Shown here one piece after another: positions 33,800 to 45,830 of a stretch of 64,000 nt of DNA. The DNA lies in NCBI GenBank assembly GCA_965655095.1, contig OZ296655.1:55800001-55864000 (forward strand). Direction: 5' to 3'. This DNA is from Haplodiscus bocki (Eukaryota). The stretch's first letter is position 1; every line of letters starts with the position of its first letter. The notes below the pieces were generated by a model. The model ran no database searches. It was not told where the DNA came from and worked only from the letters and a program-made list of their open reading frames with translations. Position numbers and translations under genes: made by a program.

Positions 33800-34000
33800 C
33801 TTTTTGCTGTCCAATGTTCAGAAAGTTTGCACAGTAAACGTAAAAATGAACATGTCCATGCCAAAAAAGACCGTTTTTGATCTTTTAGACTAGATATTTA
33901 AATTCTTTGATGACGCCAAAAAATTTAAGTTTTGAAGATGAATAAAACCAGGCATGAGCCGGTTTTAGTACACTTCTTCCATTCAATCAGAATGTGTAAG
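33800..34000 (+). repeat. Dispersed repeat, diverged direct copy at 36480-36672
   Basis: Shared CCAATGTT...GCACA.TAAACGTAA.AATGAACA.GT.C.TGCCAAAAA..GACCG.TTTTGA...AAGTTTTG.AGA...CCGGTTT.A.TACAC. Confidence 0.75.
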
Positions 34001-36209
34001 AATAGGTTACTGCAGTTACGTACGGAAATTTACAATTTTGATATGATGCCAGATAACTGAATGGCGGCTAATCGAAAGTGCTGTTGACATTTGCGGCGGA
34101 TAATTAAGAATGCTGATTCCAAAGCTTTACATTATTTATGTTTAGGGCGGATAATCGAGTGGCGTTTAATCGAAAGTAGTGAATTTTACAAATTTATAAT
34201 CTAACAACTCTGACGTTTATGGCGGATAATCAAATGGCAGTTAATCGAGACTGAAGTTGTAACTGAATTTTGAATAGTGATGGAATATTTAGAAGGTTAT
34301 CAATGTATACTGGAAAAGCAACTCTGAATATTCCCCCAACATGAATTGCGCATAAATTGCGTTGTACAAAGAAGTGACAAAAACTCATCAATTTATGAAC
34401 TTTACGTCTTGCTGGCTTTGAACGTCCCCCGTTGCCTCTATGCGTTTCAAAAGGTTTCAAGAGAAAGAAGCTTGTACGAAACATTGATATCAAGGATGCT
34501 ATGCGTTAAGCTCTGAGAAATTAGCGATTTAAAAAAGAAGTTTTTCACGTAAATTGACGCAACTTTTGAAAAAGGTGAAAATATCAAGCAGAAAATATCC
34601 AGCAAATTGTTCCTCAAAGAAGTTAGGTTCCAGACAAACCACGGTTGAGAACGGTTACAAGAATAGTGTCATAAAAACAATTTTCTATTTTTGGGACACA
34701 AGGTGAAAGGAACAAGACGGGAACGGCCAAATGCTCATATATGCGATCTTTCGAATTGTTTCGTTTTTTTTTTATGAGAATTCACTACACCAGAAGTAGC
34801 CCCTCGATTGTCTTCCAGCACTGCCGAAGTAAAATTGTGGCGGCTATCCCAGCGCGTCGAATGACGGAGGGCGGTCGTTAACCATGACTTAACTCAAGTA
34901 ATTTTATTTTCAATAGCAGAACGCCAAAAACCACATATTTTCGAACGAGTGTAATAGATTGTACCAGGAACATACACTTGTCATATAAGGTAAGTTGGCA
35001 AAAATACGGAATATTCAACAGGCAGAGGATTGAGGCATAATTGTATCAACATTCAGGCATTTTTTTGTCTCGCAGTGCCAAAAATTTTCGTAGATCTCAT
35101 TTTGAAAAAAAAAAACATTTTTGTCCGCTATTTTTTCACACACAGTGAAAAAGCTCACAGGAGACGCTTCGGTTTTCGTTTTTTCACGCAATCAAAACAT
35201 ACGAATCAAGGATGTTAGGCATTAAGCGCTGCGTAATGAGCATAGTAAGTCAGCCAAATACAAGTAAATTCAATGATAATTTTGAAAAAGCAGAAAATAT
35301 GGTAATAAAAATGACATATTTCAAAAGAAATTTAAGACCTAAAACAAGTCACCTGGGAATTCAGAGGCGTTCAACGACTCGGCAACATTAACCGGAATGG
35401 AAGGAATTTATACCGCGTCGATATTTATCAGGACTAAAACTAATCAGACAGATTAACATCTACTCGCTTTAAATTTAATTTATGTCCTTGGCGAGAAAAA
35501 AGTGAAACGACTAGGCTTTGACCTTTCGCTTGAAATATGAAAATTTTGAAAAGCTTCTTCTGATATTGAACGGCTACCTACTTTTTTCGACCTCTCACTT
35601 GCGCCACAGATAGACAGTGGGAAATTCTCCCTAAAATGATCGAAAAAGTTTATTCCAGTGCCCGAACAGTCTCATAGGCGATACGTTTCAGACTAGTTGA
35701 AAAACTTAGGTAATTGATAACTTTTTAATTTATGTCGATCAGGAGATATCACGGAAGTTTAAATAAAGGTGAATGCCATGATTTCAAAAAAAATATTAAA
35801 CATCTTTTGGTATACAGGGGGTATTATAAAATAATTCAGAATGTTCTTTTTCAAAACCATTTAATTTTCTTCATTTTTCAATTAGAGAGGCATTTTGTAC
35901 GGTCCACGCTGTCTGGAAGGATCAGTGGTACCAAACAAATGCAACAAAGCATTTATGTCAAAATTGACCAGGTCGCCAGTTTGCAAAAAAATCTACTGTA
36001 ATAGTCGGCCCTGCTAAAAATTAGGTGGCTCCTAGAATTCAGAAAACAAGAAGGCCGGCTAGCACCGGCATATTTTTCGCCCAACTACAAATATTTTGAT
36101 GAACTTTTGCAAACGGGTAAAAACAAAACTACTGTTTTGAATTTAGTTTTCAAAGAGTTTTTACAAACATCAATTCCACCACTGATTTCTGTACTTCATG
36201 CAAAAGGGT

Positions 36210-36366
36210 ATCACGATTTTCCGTAGAAAAATTTTTGTCTCACAGTGCCGAAAAATTTCGTGGAGGAATCCTTTAGTGTTTCATTAATTTCGGGTATCAA
36301 AAAATATTAGGGATAAGAGGGGGGGGGGGGGTCACGATTTTCCGTCGAAATTGTTTTGTCTCGCAG
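36210..36366. repeat. Minisatellite-like repeat (~122-bp period, 1.3 copies); related motif at ~35060
   Basis: TCACGATTTTCCGT.GAAA.T.TTTTGTCTC.CAG repeated; TTTTTTGTCTCGCAGTGCCAAAAATTTTCGT at 35060. Confidence 0.7.
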
Positions 36367-36479
36367 AAAAATTGATAGAAGTTCCAATTTTTTTTTGCAT
36401 TTAGCATGTAAGTTTTTTGTCACACTGTCTCATTCAAAACATTGTCACGTCAATCATGGTTTTTCAGGTTACGCTATTT

Positions 36480-36672
36480 TGCCGCCCAATGTTTGAGAGA
36501 TTCGCACACTAAACGTAACAATGAACAAGTACCTGCCAAAAAGAGACCGCTTTTGACCGTTTACTCTAAATAGCTAGTCTCTCTGACTGCGTCAAAAATG
36601 GAAGTTTTGGAGAAGATAAAAACTGGTTATAAACCGGTTTCAATACACATTCTTTTTCAGTGACAATCTGTA
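36480..36672 (+). repeat. Dispersed repeat, copy of 33800-34000
   Basis: Same shared blocks as the partner copy at 33800-34000. Confidence 0.75.
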
Positions 36673-37650
36673 AAAAGATGGAAATTATCGAGTCATGAGA
36701 CTGCAATTCTGAGCTCGCAAGAGGTTACAAGTGATACAGAGATGTAGTTACATGCCAGGAAAGCAGAAGTGTCTCTGACCCACCTGGTGGTCTGGAAAAA
36801 AAACAGTGTCGTCTAGACAAAACATCTCTCGCCTTCAATATCATTGAGAACATTCCAAATATAGGGTGCTAATCATATCACCAGAGCTCATTTTTGATTC
36901 AATTGCTTAGCGATAAACTGAGAGGCCACCATTAAATTACCCTCACAAGCGACCTCGATCAAAAATTGCAAGAAATTATTTTTAATTCCATGTTTTCAAA
37001 TAAAATTATTATAGTAATTTAGCACGAGAAATGTAGCTCTCTCTAATCAGTTATTGAATTCGAAAAGTTAGAATCAGTCTTTTGAATGCAAGCTTCAAAA
37101 TTAAGCAGAATATATCATTTGAACAAAAAAATTCAGCGCAAAAATTTGGAAAAAGCTTTGTAAGAAAACAAGGAGAATGGCCTAAAATCAGCAGAGTTCA
37201 AAGGGGTTCCTCTTTCTGTGTCAGGAAGAAATCTCTGACCGAAAAAGTTGCAGTAAATCGGTCGAAAAATTCTGAATCTGAACAGTCAACTCTTTAGTCG
37301 AATAAGGTCCATTCCCAGTGAATTTTGAAAATGAGATTAGCTACGCCTTGATGCCAACAATGTTTCAACAAAAATGTTTGGTCAGCAAACAAAAGAGTAT
37401 AAAAGTTTCCCGAACAGACATCTCTATTCAAGAATTTGAAATTGTTAAACCAGGCTTGTTTGGTTCAACCTTCTTTTGTTTATCATGTGTAACTATCATT
37501 GAGTTTTTAGGGGTGAGATAAATTTGCACTCGATATTTCTGAGTTTACGTAGGCAAACAATGAAGTCTCTGTTACACTCATATAGTCCACTGTTACTTGT
37601 GAAGGGAAGGAAACTTTGAAAACGTTTGCCACGGAACATTTCATCGACGA

Positions 37651-39282
37651 CTAACTCTCCAAGTCGATCTGGAATTCTACCACTAGTAAATTTTTGTAAT
37701 CGAACAGAAACAAACTTTTTTCACTGTTCCATTTAATATTATCAACCGCAATGAGACCATGGTGCGTGTAGTTGATGTTAAGGCGTAAGTTCTTGCCCGG
37801 GCAAAATACAGTGACATTTTTAAATGAATCAATAACAGCATAATGATTGATGGAACATCTAAAAAGCACTGGTTTTTCATCCAATAACAATGTATCACTC
37901 GGCGTAGACTTGGGGTAGAACTCAATTAGTTTACGATCAACGTTCCAACTTGCACAAGAAAATGATTCATCGTCCCAAAAAATTAGGTCCAAAGGGACGG
38001 TGCTTTTGTCTTGAAGGAACTCATATTCGATAATCTGCGTCTCCAGATTATAAATAAAAACATTGTTGCTTTTGTTGCACATTGCCAACCAGTTACTCCA
38101 AATAAAAACCGATTCCACCTCACAATCGCGGAGGTCAAATGTTTCTAAACTCCACCTTAGCGGGTGGGCTGGATCACCAATTTTCACATCGAGAACACAA
38201 AAATTGACCACTCCATCAGACTTAACAACTCCAAAAACATCATTACTTGAATCAAAATTTCTCGAAATTTCACTTGTCGCCGTCACCTTCATGTCATTAC
38301 CATTCAATATCTGATGACTTCTTTCAGTAACTTTTGTCCACATTTTGACAACTTTCGGAGTCATCTTGATTAATTCAGGTACTTCGATTGAACTTACAGC
38401 GTTTTCAATTGCAGCTTCAAACAGCACGTCTAAATCTTTGGTCCATTTTAAACACACGTGTTGTTCCAGTTGCTTTCGCTGATCTGTGATAGAATTCCTC
38501 AGAAGTTTTTCAATTTCTAGATACTTGGAAGTTAAATTTCCTTCACAAAGAGTCAAAACATCTTTCAAATTAAAGAAACTACATTCTGCACGTGCAGTTA
38601 CTTCTTTCAACACTTCTCTATCTTTTTCCGAGACCGCGCCACTTTCGCTTTCTGTTGACAAAAACTTTTCCTGGTTCAAGCCATACCATTTTTTGGGCTT
38701 TGAAGCGATCACTCGGTCAAGCGTATCTCGGATTACTTTTACGAATTCGGTTTGATCTGACGGCACAGTTTGACAGATTGCATCGAAAGATCATTCCACA
38801 ATGTCTTCGAGATGCTTGATAGGTTTAGAAAGCTCCTCAAAATCAGAGATAAAAGCAAAGACTGTTTTCCGAACCTCACATGCTTTTGCAGAAACAGATT
38901 TGAAGTCATGTTTTGTATGACACTCTGTACACTGAGAACAAAACAGCACTTTCCAGTCTTCACAAAAATATTGGAGAAGATTTACATGCTTGTCACATAC
39001 TGCAGGCGAAAAACCCCTATGATCTATGACATCATGCTTTTGTCTTAGATGAAGAGCGACGATACAAATGCTGCAGAAGAATTTTTCTGCACTGGAAAGT
39101 TCACCACAACTGTTATAGCAAGTTCTGCAACGAAATGCTATGTTTAGATCCAAACATTGCGAACAGCTGTGACACAAACATTCCTTTCCATCTTCAATTT
39201 CAGGATCCATCTTCAAAACTGGATCCATTAGTTTGTTTTGTTTAGCTGCGACAGGGCATTCAATTTTTTCTATTACCGACAT
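37651..39282 (-). pseudogene. Intronless double B-box / coiled-coil / beta-propeller-like (RING-less TRIM-like) gene, 543 codons with one in-frame TGA at 38791-38793
   Basis: CHSC..FRCRTC..FFCSICIVALH..H (B-box-1-like) and VCDKH..YFCED..LFCSQCTECH (B-box 2), then a helical region and a beta-rich C-terminus. ORFs 38791-39282 and 37651-38766 are in the same frame. Confidence 0.75.
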
Positions 39283-40563
39283 TGCTCCACTGAAATAAAA
39301 CCAATCGCTCGCGTGAAAAAAAATATTTCATCAATCAACGGCCACTTTCAGAGAATCAAAAGAAACTGAAATCTAAAACAAAGGTTGCGTAATAACATCA
39401 GGAGCTCGACGCTCAAGTCACAGATGATTTTTTTCAGACAGAGAAGAGCGATGGAAAATCAATTGAAACGAAAAACTCACCCCAAAAATCCAAGATAGCC
39501 AAAAATCAGATCTGATGCATCCTCTCGAAACTGAATTTAAATAGAACTTAAGAAAATCAGTGCAACAGATGCATTTTAGGTGCTTTATATGCAGAACCAC
39601 TCTCGCTCTATACTCAAACTCGTACAAGCTGGACCATAAAAAATCTGTGGCCCACATGTTCTAACTGCTTTCAAACTGTTATTATGTAAAAGTGGTCCGT
39701 TTTTTACGGATCTCCTTATTCTCAATTCCATATGCCCATCATCATGCCCTTTAGGTAGCGTCTCTTTACATCCTAATTTTCATGAAATTCGCACAATAAA
39801 GAAAGCAATAATTGATAAATACCTTCCGAATGCTCAAAAATTTCGTCTCCGAGCGTTTAATCGCAACGATAGACATTCTGATGACGTCGGGAACTCTTAA
39901 CACCGGACAGTAAAAAATAAAGAGCCGGCACTGTGCAATTCTAATACACGAACTGAAACTTTATGAAGCACATTTCAATGAAGGGCAAATCCACTAATCT
40001 GTCCATACGACCTCGTTTCAATTTTATTCTTATATCGGAGAACTAAATTTTCTTCAGAGTAAAACTATCATCAAACAATACATCGAGAAAAATTCAATGC
40101 AATCATTTTGTCATTTATAACAGTACAACATTTTTCTCATAAAAATGAACACTCGCCGTAAGATGAAACTCTTCTTTGCTTCCTCCCGAGCTGCAAAAAT
40201 TTTGATAATCCATCCATCAAAGCTTTCCACTTACACATGACCAAAACTTTCCACATTTTTCACACAATCAGCTTATTTTGTAGTCGATTTCGCACTTTTC
40301 GATCGTCAGTATGGTAAAAAAATCATAGTTTGAAATGTGATCAAAATGGCCTTTTCTCAGTGAAAATAGCAATGCAGTTGAAGTTCATCCATTTGTCTTC
40401 AGACTTTTACTCATTATTCATCTTGCTGCCACATACTTTTGCGAAAATTTTTTTTGCAACCCGTAGGATAGCAAAGAAGCCACTAAAGCACTAATTACAG
40501 CAATCAAATTCGTCGAATTATTAAACAATCTAGCAACTTACACTAAATTTGGTTCATGTTTCA

Positions 40564-42511
40564 TCAATTTATTTTTCTAAAACTGCTGTGTAGATTTGAG
40601 AATTCATATTCACAAATATGTGTAAGCCAACTACACTCATGAATTCTATCGAATCCTCGACAGGCAGAGAAACCTGTTGTTAGGCGAAGCCCAATACAAG
40701 TAGAGCTTTCGAAATTTATCTCAAATTTGACAACAATTTGAAGTTTGCAGTCGAACAGAAACATGTTTTGGTCATCAGTAAATTTCATATTATCAACTGC
40801 TGACAACCCAAGCTGTGTATCTTTCATCACCACCTTTAAATCAATTCTCCAGTTGAAACAGTGATATTCAAACATGAATCGACCACAGTGTGGACTTATA
40901 ATGCGCCTCAGAAAAACTGGTCTTTCATTCAGATGTAATCAATCCTTTTCTGACCGATTCTTGTAAACGTCAATTATGGATGCATCGGTGTTCCAACTGA
41001 TACAGGAATACTTTTTATCTTCACTTTCCAAAAGTCCCAAGGCAAAGGTGCTGCTAGGTTGAACGAATTCAAACTTGAACGCTTGCGTTTTCAAGCAATA
41101 AACGAAAACTATTTTCGTATTGGTGCAAATTGTAAGACAGCGGTGAAAAACAAAAACAGATTCAACCTTGCAATTACCAAAAAATGTCACCAACGCCAAC
41201 TTCTGTGAATATGATAAATTCGGATCAAGGTACATCGCCAATACAAAATTGAGTCGTTTGAAAGCAAAAACATCATTGGCTGCTTTGAAGTCTCGAATTT
41301 TGGGCAGTTTTCAGGACCATTTTTAAGTTCCCAAATTATCTGCCGGAATAGTTTCGCTGTATTTTTGGGAGCAGTTTTATTTCAGTGAAACTAAGCCTGG
41401 CAACTGAAGGTACTTCAATATTATGAATCAAACTTTTGATGGTTTGAACAAGAAAATTCAAACTTTTTGTCCATTTCAAACAAGCCTGATGCTTCAATGT
41501 TTCGGTTTGGAATTCAATAGCCTGAAAGGAACTGTTCTGTATTTCCAAAAACTTTGAGAAACGTTTCCCTTCCCACATATTTGAGCAAAGTTTGCAAAGC
41601 AATGCAGTTAGTTGTCCTCTGCTTGTTTAACATTTTCAAAATTTCGCTTCCTCTTTTTCAGAACTCAAATTCCTTTCGAACACGCGATGCCACTTGTGTG
41701 GTTTCGACGTCAAAACACTACTGTAAGTATCTTGCAGTGTCTTCAACGTGCGTTCCTGACTAAACATTGCAGACATTTCATTCCAAAAATCGAACAACCT
41801 CCAGACATCTTGAGTCTTTCATCGGTTTTGAGAACTCTTCATGTTGCGTGAGAAAAGTGAACATGAGTTTGCGAACTTCGGAAGATTTTGTGGAGCTCAA
41901 CTTGAAAAAATGATCGCTCTGCTTTGGAGTCCCCATGGTCACGACAAACTGCAGGCTCATGACCAGGGACCACAGATTTATGCCGCCACATACGGCCATT
42001 TGTTGCCATTGTTGAATAATTATGCTTTTTGCTACTCTAAACTATTTTAACGCATTTCTGCCTCAATTTCACCATTTCCACTGATAGATTTTCTAGTTGT
42101 GGGCATTTTAAATATTCAAAGCAAAACTAAAATGGGTGATGTTCATATTGTTGGTCCGAAAAAACCTGAAATTTGCAGTTTGATTGCACGAAAGGATACA
42201 AATTTTGTTCCACCACAAACAAAAATCGGATATTTTGTGAGCTTATTGAGTGATCGGGTTCAAATTTCTCGTTTTTTGTCACTTTTCTCACGATTATGCC
42301 GACTGCTCTATTCGGTAATTTATGCCGTAGGAGATGAATTTTTTCGAAGAGGGAGTGCGACGATGCAAATACTGCAAGAAGTAGACTTATTAGAATTAGC
42401 ACCATCGTTCCAAAATAACTCGCGGGTGCATGAATTGCAACGATACATATTGAGAAACGCACATCTTTTAAAGCAACTTGAGTATAAGAGATTGGAGTCT
42501 TCTTCATCCAT
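40564..42511 (-). pseudogene. Decayed tandem paralog of the B-box gene
   Basis: Collinear matches to the first copy: YRCNSC..CSICIVAL, GHEPAVCRDH, EVRKLMFTF, HQACLKWTKSL..IEVP, CKVESVFVF and GLSAVDNMKF..FLFDCK..VVKFEINFES. Multiple frameshifts and a ~330-bp insertion (about 41986-42317). Confidence 0.85.
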
Positions 42512-42586
42512 TGCAGAAAGTGGGCTTTCGTTTCAAAGTTGTTTGGAAGGAATTGGGCAAACGGATATTTTTTCAGAGTGCATTAT

Positions 42587-43167
42587 TATCAAGAACTTGC
42601 TTTGCGGGTTCTTGTTACATTTGATGAGAACAGATTTTATCAATTTTCAGCGGAAAGCACTGCTTTAGAGAGTATCTTAGGAGGCCATTTACGATGGCCT
42701 TGTTTCTGGAACTCCAATTTCTCCTCTTCAAGAGATGTTTCAAAATGACGATGAAAGTAGGATTTTCAATTCAACTATTCTCGAATCTTTTCTTTTCTTT
42801 TGCGTCGTTCTAATTTTCTGTTCTTTTCTTTAATAATCGAGTCAAATATTTACGTACAAAATACATATGAAATATCAAATATGAAAGTTGAAATGTTCAG
42901 GTAAACTCAAGTTCTTCCGTAGACTTTTCCACTGGGAGAGGGGGTGCTGTATTTGTCTGTAATTACATCTGTGTACCAGCACTCTTGTTTCGAAGATGTT
43001 GTTCTCTTCAACTTCCTTTCCAGGACTTTGATATAATCATGAGCCATCCATCAATCAATCGTGATTTGACCTTTTTAGGTAGAGTTCGTTCACTTTACAT
43101 ATATAAACTAAATCTTTATATATTTTAAATAATACCCAGTATGACGTATTTTTTCAGGTACGTCACA
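42587..43167 (-). repeat. 3' LTR of element B (TG...TA)
   Basis: Direct repeat of 55640-56220. Confidence 0.95.
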
Positions 43168-43759
43168 CTACCTGACTTGAAGAAATTTTACAAAGTTGAA
43201 AAATTTTGAGGTAACATCAGCAAAAATTCATCAAAGCGTATGAAGAAAAGAAAGAAGCACCAAGAGTGAGGAACAGAGCAGAAGATAGTATCAGAAATGA
43301 AAATTTGTAGCGCCAGTATTTATGAGAAGATAAAAATGACCATGAAGGCGTACTCAAGTTTGAAATGAAAGACGTCACAAAGAAATTGCAACGCACAAGA
43401 TAAATCAGAGAAAGATATATGCGATATATAATTGTATATATTGTTTATTTTGTGGGATCCACCCCGAATTTATTTGGAAAATTTACAGTAAATGCAAAAC
43501 ATGCAACAATTAAATGTCATTAAGTTTGAAATAGCGTATAAACTGTTAAAAGATATATTTAGGATAACTAGGGGTTTAGTACTTAACATAACCACAGGAA
43601 CCCAAAGTTCACATTCATCTTCATTAACAACCTCGACTTGCGATCATGTTAAAGGCGGAGCAGTCGAAGTTGGGGCTAGATCGTCCCTATTCACGTCTGG
43701 GGCAGATTTTCGCATTTTCACCGAGGAGAGTGAGTTACGAAAATTTCCCAATTGTTCCT

Positions 43760-45830
43760 TCATACACGGGCAAGTTCAGCTGCTCGAATTAATGTAAAAT
43801 TTCGTTCCTTTTTTGCTACATAGGTGGCTGCTGCATCGCTGTGATTACTAGCCACCGTAACCAAAGGTTTCATTGGCAGATTACCCGTAGGTGTGCGCAT
43901 AAATTTCGGTACGAGATCCCGAATATATTTGACTTTATAATACAAGTACATTACCAAAACATGGAGCAGTAAGTTGGCCACAAAAGCAACTGCTGTGAGA
44001 GTTATGGATATGCAAAGCGGTACATATGTGTTGAAATTATCTACCAAAGTATTTTAGCTCCGTCATACGTGTTGCAATCGGGGTAGCTAATTTAACTAAG
44101 TGACATCCACTATATGCTGTGACTTACCTAACTCCGCTCTTATTTCTGATGAAAATGCTGTCGTCGCTTCTGCTCTTGTCCGGTAGTATGGGAGTTCTTC
44201 CAGTGGCGGAACTTTATTCAAAAGTGCCTGCAATGGATGAGGAAGTTGAACTGTCAACCTTTTCGCTAGTATTTTGTCACAACTTTCAAGATCAGGGCGA
44301 ATCTTGATATGCTTGCTGGCCATCTGAATTCACATGCCAATGTGATAATAAGATTGTACAGCCCGGAATATCTGTACGTCGTACCGAGTTACCTGTACAT
44401 TGATTAAACTCACGTAGCGTTAGACACTGCCGTTAATAGTCGAATTCCATATCGAAGATTTGTGGCTTTCTCAGGTGTTGGGAGAGTGATTTTCTCAGGT
44501 TCACACACTTGCAATGCAGCGATTGCATTGTGGAAAAAGAGCGTAGCTAAACACGAACTCTAGCCCAAGTGTGTCTCCATCGTTTTGTGACAAATTTTAT
44601 AACGGGCAGAACCCAAACAATCGGCGAACTGCTCGAATGGCAATACAGTTGATTCCATCATGTTCTCGCTAACAGCCAAATAAGGTCCTTCGATCTTCCA
44701 TTGCAATGCGACACCAGGTTCCTTTTCAGGCATCGGGATTAGATGCGCCCAAAAAACATAGAAAGCTGTCTCACTGGAGACCAAAGGATTCGCTAATGTC
44801 AAAAGCAGACATTGCGGAACTGTAGAGATCTCTCTCACTAGCTTCGCATCGTAGTAAGACACGATGTCTTGCATAAGAATCGCTAGTCTGAGTCGATCAA
44901 GATTTTTCATCTGGGCTTCATGAACTGATTCTAACATAGCATTTAATGAAGCACGTGGTACCAATGAAATCGGAAAATTTTTATCAAGCAAACTAGGTAC
45001 TGCATTCGCCAAATAGAGTCGGTACGTTTAGAGTGCCGCTCGATAACTCTTGATATCTGCGTACAGTGGTAGAAGTAGTGCTGCAACTGTATCATAATTG
45101 AAATTTAGCTGTTGCTGGGTATACAAAAATTGAGTGCAGTCTCGTAAAACATGAAAGTTCTTATAAAACACCTCAAATTGTTTCTCGACAACTTCCCAAA
45201 TACGGTTCTGATTGCCTCCCATCTCTTGTTGAATCTTATGGATAGATTTGAGTTCATTGTACACCAAGAAGAACTTTTCATCATTCTCTTGTGCTACTTC
45301 CATAACAAAATCCGTGAGCATAGAAGCGTGTTGTTGCAGTCGATCAATATTCTCAGCGTTCTGTCTGCCAGTGTCCTGACAAGAACCAAAGATTCCTGTT
45401 ATTCCACTGCATTGATTCCCCATCATGATTCCAGATCCAAATACTCCAATGCCAGCTAGAGCCATTGCTGCTACTGGTAAGCCACGCTTCTGACGTCGAA
45501 CATGGGTCTCATCCATCGCCAGAAGTGTTGTCTCATTGCCCATGTCGCGCACATCTTGCTTCGCAGCTTGCATTTCGGTCAAAAATTTGGTATACAGCCA
45601 GTTAACATTGAATGGTTTACTTGATGCATTGAAATGTTGAGATTCATCCATTGGACAGAAAACAGTAGGCGTAGCCCACATTGTTTCCAACTCTTTCAGC
45701 CGTGCCTCAATTTGCGCTTTAGCTTTAAATGTACGCTTCGGAAAAGGAACCAAGAATTCCACATTCACGAAGTTCTCAGCGAGAAGTATTTTTGACACTT
45801 CATGAAATAGTCTGTATACTGGTCCGAATT
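43760..45830 (-). pseudogene. env: env-like fusion glycoprotein (class I / F-type), interrupted by stops and frameshifts
   Basis: Furin site RRQKR, then hydrophobic fusion peptide GLPVAAMALAGIGVFGSG, heptad region (NAENIDRLQQH..ELKSIHKIQQ), Cys-rich ectodomain (CLGSARYKIC) and a C-terminal TM helix (LCISITLTAVAFVANLLLHVLVMYLYY). Confidence 0.85.

Noticed and set aside
42099-42668. 189-aa plus-strand ORF
   Set aside because: It is antisense to the B-box paralog and runs across an insertion and into the LTR, so it is a chance frame.
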